DNA from: Azolla caroliniana
Taxonomy: Eukaryota; Plantae; Polypodiophyta
Assembly (NCBI GenBank): GCA_043228905.1
Contig: JBHGNT010000011.1
Span: 8,556,001 to 8,620,000 of the forward strand
Reading direction: 5' to 3'
DNA: 64,000 bases
The notes under the pieces: generated by a model
Seen by the model: the letters and a program-made list of their open reading frames with translations, nothing else
Database searches by the model: none
What the model was told of the DNA's origin: nothing
Shown: positions 61,102-64,000 of the stretch, in pieces
How the letters are laid out: every line of letters starts with the position of its first letter
Position numbering within the stretch: position 1 is the first letter of the stretch
Translations under genes and position numbers: made by a program

Positions 61102-61870
61102 TGTGAATGGAGTAGCGTTTGGCCACAACCGAGTCTCAATCGCTCAATGGAAGAAATGGAACAACAATAAAGATTAATGCACTTACACAGAATGCAACGA
61201 CACAGTATGTTTACGTGGAAAACCTCAAGAGGCAAAAACCACGGGAGTTCGCAGACTCTGAATAGGATGACTATAGGGCAAAGGTACTACAATGTGAGAC
61301 TCAAAGGTAACAACCTCGAGCTTTGTCTTGGCTAGCCGGCAGTTATAATAGAAAAGCTTTTAGTATCTGTGTGTGTGTGTGTGTACAAAAATAGTGATAA
61401 CAACTACACTATCATATTTGCCCTAAGTTATATTTATACTTATATAACTTATGGGCTATTTACAATTGTGGCCTGAACGGCCCATGAGAAACATATTTAC
61501 AAATATACATCTCTTCACGATTCATACCGGATTTGATTGGACCCCTTTCGGGTCCATCTGATCCGGTTTCTGGATATCCTTCCAATCGCCCCAACCCGGT
61601 TCACCTTGATCTCTGGCTTCTCCGATCCCCATCTGGAGCGACCGATATCTCAACAATCTCCCCCTTCACTCCGGTATGGGGTCTTCGTTAGTCCAATCCA
61701 TCTCTGGCACGCGTCCAGCTTGTTGGCTCAAAACACCTTGGTCAACATATCCGACCCGTTCTCCTCCATATGAATCTTCATCAGCGAAAATTCTTTTTCT
61801 ACCTTTTCTTGGAGCCAATGATATCTCTTCTGGATGTGCTTAGTTCGGGAGTGGTAGGCTGCGTTCTTTG
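61102..61870 (-). mobile_element. 3' LTR and RNase H tail of a copia related to the 31023 element, cut by the next insertion
   Basis: Minus strand KNAAYHSRTKHIQKRYHWL...ENGSDMLTKV, PPT GAAGGGGGAG, LTR 61655 to ~61102 with similarity to the 31023 LTR. Confidence 0.88.
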
Positions 61871-64000
61871 TGTTGAGAAGCAAGCTCAACAAAGGTATGT
61901 GATGCTTATTGAGAAATAAGCTATAGTAGCTATTAGCTAATTAGCTACTAGTGGACATAAAGGTGAAACAACTATTTAGTTATGCACAACTATTTAGCTA
62001 TTGACAGCTATTTAGCTACAGACAGCTAATTAGCTGCATATATAAGTCACTTATGTACTTAGGTAAAAGTGTAGTAAGTAAGAGAAGTGTAGAAGAGTGA
62101 GAGTAGAGTAGTAAGAACAAAAAACAGAAAACAAACGAGAGTGAGTTGAGCTCTGCGTGTAATGAAGTAGAAGCTTTTTGGACTGTGCAAAGGTAAGTCT
62201 CCTTCCCCTTCCCCTTTCTGTCTTGAGCACTAAACGATCCAGCACATCACGATCCGTTGTGCACACAGAAGAGCCGAAGCGCCTTCGTAACATGGTATCA
62301 GAGCATAGTTGCTCATAAAGAATATTAGAACAGTACAGACATCTGAGAAGTTTGTTTCTAGTTGTTGATCTGAATCAGATAGAGTTGTTTGTGAAGTTGA
62401 CCCTAATTGAAAGAGAAAATGGTTGCAGATAATGCAAGCCAAATAGTTACAGAAAAACTGGATAAAAACAAATTCCTGGCATGGAAATTCAGAATGACAA
62501 ACTTCATTATGGGGAAAGGATACTGGGATTATATTGAAGGAGACCTAGAAGAGGCTCCAGAGATCCCTAAAGAAAATGCATCTGCTGCACAGATTAAAGC
62601 ATTTAAGGAATGGAACCAAGGGGCAAGAAAGGTATTGCATTGGTTGTCACTTAGCATCTCAGATTTGATGCTTGGACACATACAAGATGTTATGCTTCCA
62701 AAAGAAGCTTGGGATAGTTTAGTAAAACTGTTTGCAGTGAATACAAAGGCAAGAAAGCTTCAGTTGAAAATTGAGCTAAATACCTTGGAAAAAGGTAAGA
62801 TGTCAGTAAATGAGTATGCTCTGAAAATAAAGAGCATATGTGAATCACTTGCTTCTATTAATGTGAAGATAGAAGATGATGATAAGGTGGAAATATGCTT
62901 AAGAGGCTTAGGACCTCAAGACAAGAGTTTCAAAACATCTATTCTCACAAGGGATAGTATCCCAAGTTTTCCAGATCTGGTTTCAATGCTTGTAGTAGAA
63001 GAAAGAAATCAAATGGATGATGTAAACAAAGGAAACTCAGAGAATGAGGGGAAAGCCCTCTACAATAGTGTTGGAAGAGGCCGAGGAAGAGGCCATGGAA
63101 GATTTGGTTCAGCTAGAACCAACAACAATTATCAAGGAAGAGGACAACAGGCTGTAAGTGGAAGAAACAACATCAGAGGCAGAGGTAAGCAAACCTATTT
63201 GAATGATGATGGCTGTTGGTATTGTGGAAAACCAGGCCACACACAGGCTGAATGCTATAAAAAGAAAAATGATGAGAAAAGAGGGAAGAGACAGGAAAAT
63301 AATTATGCCTCAACTAGTGAATATTGTGATAAAGATGGTGCATTTGTGATGCAACATGAAATAACAGCAGTGGCTGAATGTTCACAGAGATGCAATGAAG
63401 AGTTTATGAGGTATGTAAATTCTGGGGCATCTAATCATATGACAGGACATGCAAATTGGTTTGAAAGTTTAAGGGAACTAGAGATTCCTAGTTATGTACA
63501 GACAGGTGATAATACTACTCACCAAATAGAGCATGTTGGAGATATCCCATTGTGGGAAGAAAAAGGAAAAACAAAGTATATGTTGAATGTTATGAATGTT
63601 CCAAACCTTGCAAAAAATCTGATTTCTGTTGGACAGATAGTAGAGCAAGGAATGCAAGTGAAGTTTAAGCAAAGTGGATGCTTCATAGAGAAAAATGGAA
63701 AGCTCATTGCAAAAGGAAAACAAGAAGGAAGGATGTTTGTGTTAGATGTGGATATGCCTAGGAAGATTACAACCATGTTTATAGAAGGAATGAGTGTAAT
63801 CTCAGAAGTGGAAATGTGGCATAAAAGAATCGGTCACATAAGTATGCAAACATTGAAAAATATGTTGAGGAAAGATGTAGTGGTTGGACTACCTAAGTTG
63901 AAAGACTGTGAGATGGGAAAAATATGTAAAGCATGTCAATATGGAAAGCAAAACAGGTTGCCTTTCCCTCATGAAAGACATGTAAGCCAAAATTGGTTGG
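61871..64000 (+). mobile_element. Ty1/copia element (5' LTR 61871-62292, Met PBS, gag-pol), running off the right edge
   Basis: TGTTGAGAAG...GTAACA followed by TGGTATCAGAGC at 62293. Confidence 0.92.
62419..64000 (+). CDS. Copia Gag-Pol, partial; apparently open to the window end, protease catalytic Asp replaced by Asn
   Basis: MVADNASQIVTEKLDKNKFLAWKFRM, CWYCGKPGHTQAEC, RYVNSGASNHMTG, MWHKRIGH, CKACQYGKQ. Probably absent from the ORF track because no stop falls in the window. Confidence 0.85.
   Translation, partial: MVADNASQIVTEKLDKNKFLAWKFRMTNFIMGKGYWDYIEGDLEEAPEIPKENASAAQIKAFKEWNQGARKVLHWLSLSISDLMLGHIQDVMLPKEAWDSLVKLFAVNTKARKLQLKIELNTLEKGKMSVNEYALKIKSICESLASINVKIEDDDKVEICLRGLGPQDKSFKTSILTRDSIPSFPDLVSMLVVEERNQMDDVNKGNSENEGKALYNSVGRGRGRGHGRFGSARTNNNYQGRGQQAVSGRNNIRGRGKQTYLNDDGCWYCGKPGHTQAECYKKKNDEKRGKRQENNYASTSEYCDKDGAFVMQHEITAVAECSQRCNEEFMRYVNSGASNHMTGHANWFESLRELEIPSYVQTGDNTTHQIEHVGDIPLWEEKGKTKYMLNVMNVPNLAKNLISVGQIVEQGMQVKFKQSGCFIEKNGKLIAKGKQEGRMFVLDVDMPRKITTMFIEGMSVISEVEMWHKRIGHISMQTLKNMLRKDVVVGLPKLKDCEMGKICKACQYGKQNRLPFPHERHVSQNWL

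Noticed and set aside
63410-63445. Protease Asp>Asn seen in three copia copies (~575, ~49165, ~63418) as a targeted inactivation system
   Set aside because: Each is a single G>A transition, two of them in CpG context; ordinary deamination explains them.

Overview
Nuclear DNA of a land plant, most likely a fern or other seed-free plant. The evidence is organelle-derived inserts that carry many unedited C-to-U sites and apparent U-to-C sites. Three intact multi-exon host genes can be built by hand: U2AF65 (U2AF large subunit; +, 18 coding exons, 4389-23724, with a probable GC-AG intron and TE-filled introns), a mitochondrial porin VDAC (+, 25552-27430) and a UBC19/20-type (UBE2C) E2 enzyme (-, 58123-59346). 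The ~30 kb between VDAC and UBC is a nest of retroelements. It includes a young intact Ty1/copia (31023-36363; 612-bp LTRs, GAATT TSD, single ORF) and a near-intact tRNA-Trp-primed Ty3/gypsy (41344-48310) whose protease and RT ORFs are joined by a G_GAU_UUU_UAG -1 frameshift signal. It also contains a mosaic organellar insert (mitochondrial atp6 next to plastid atpB/atpE/trnM). Further features are a hAT-type MITE in the UBC promoter, a LINE, a decayed tRNA-His, and long-range inverted repeats across U2AF65 introns. All calls were made by eye; boundaries of degenerate elements are approximate.
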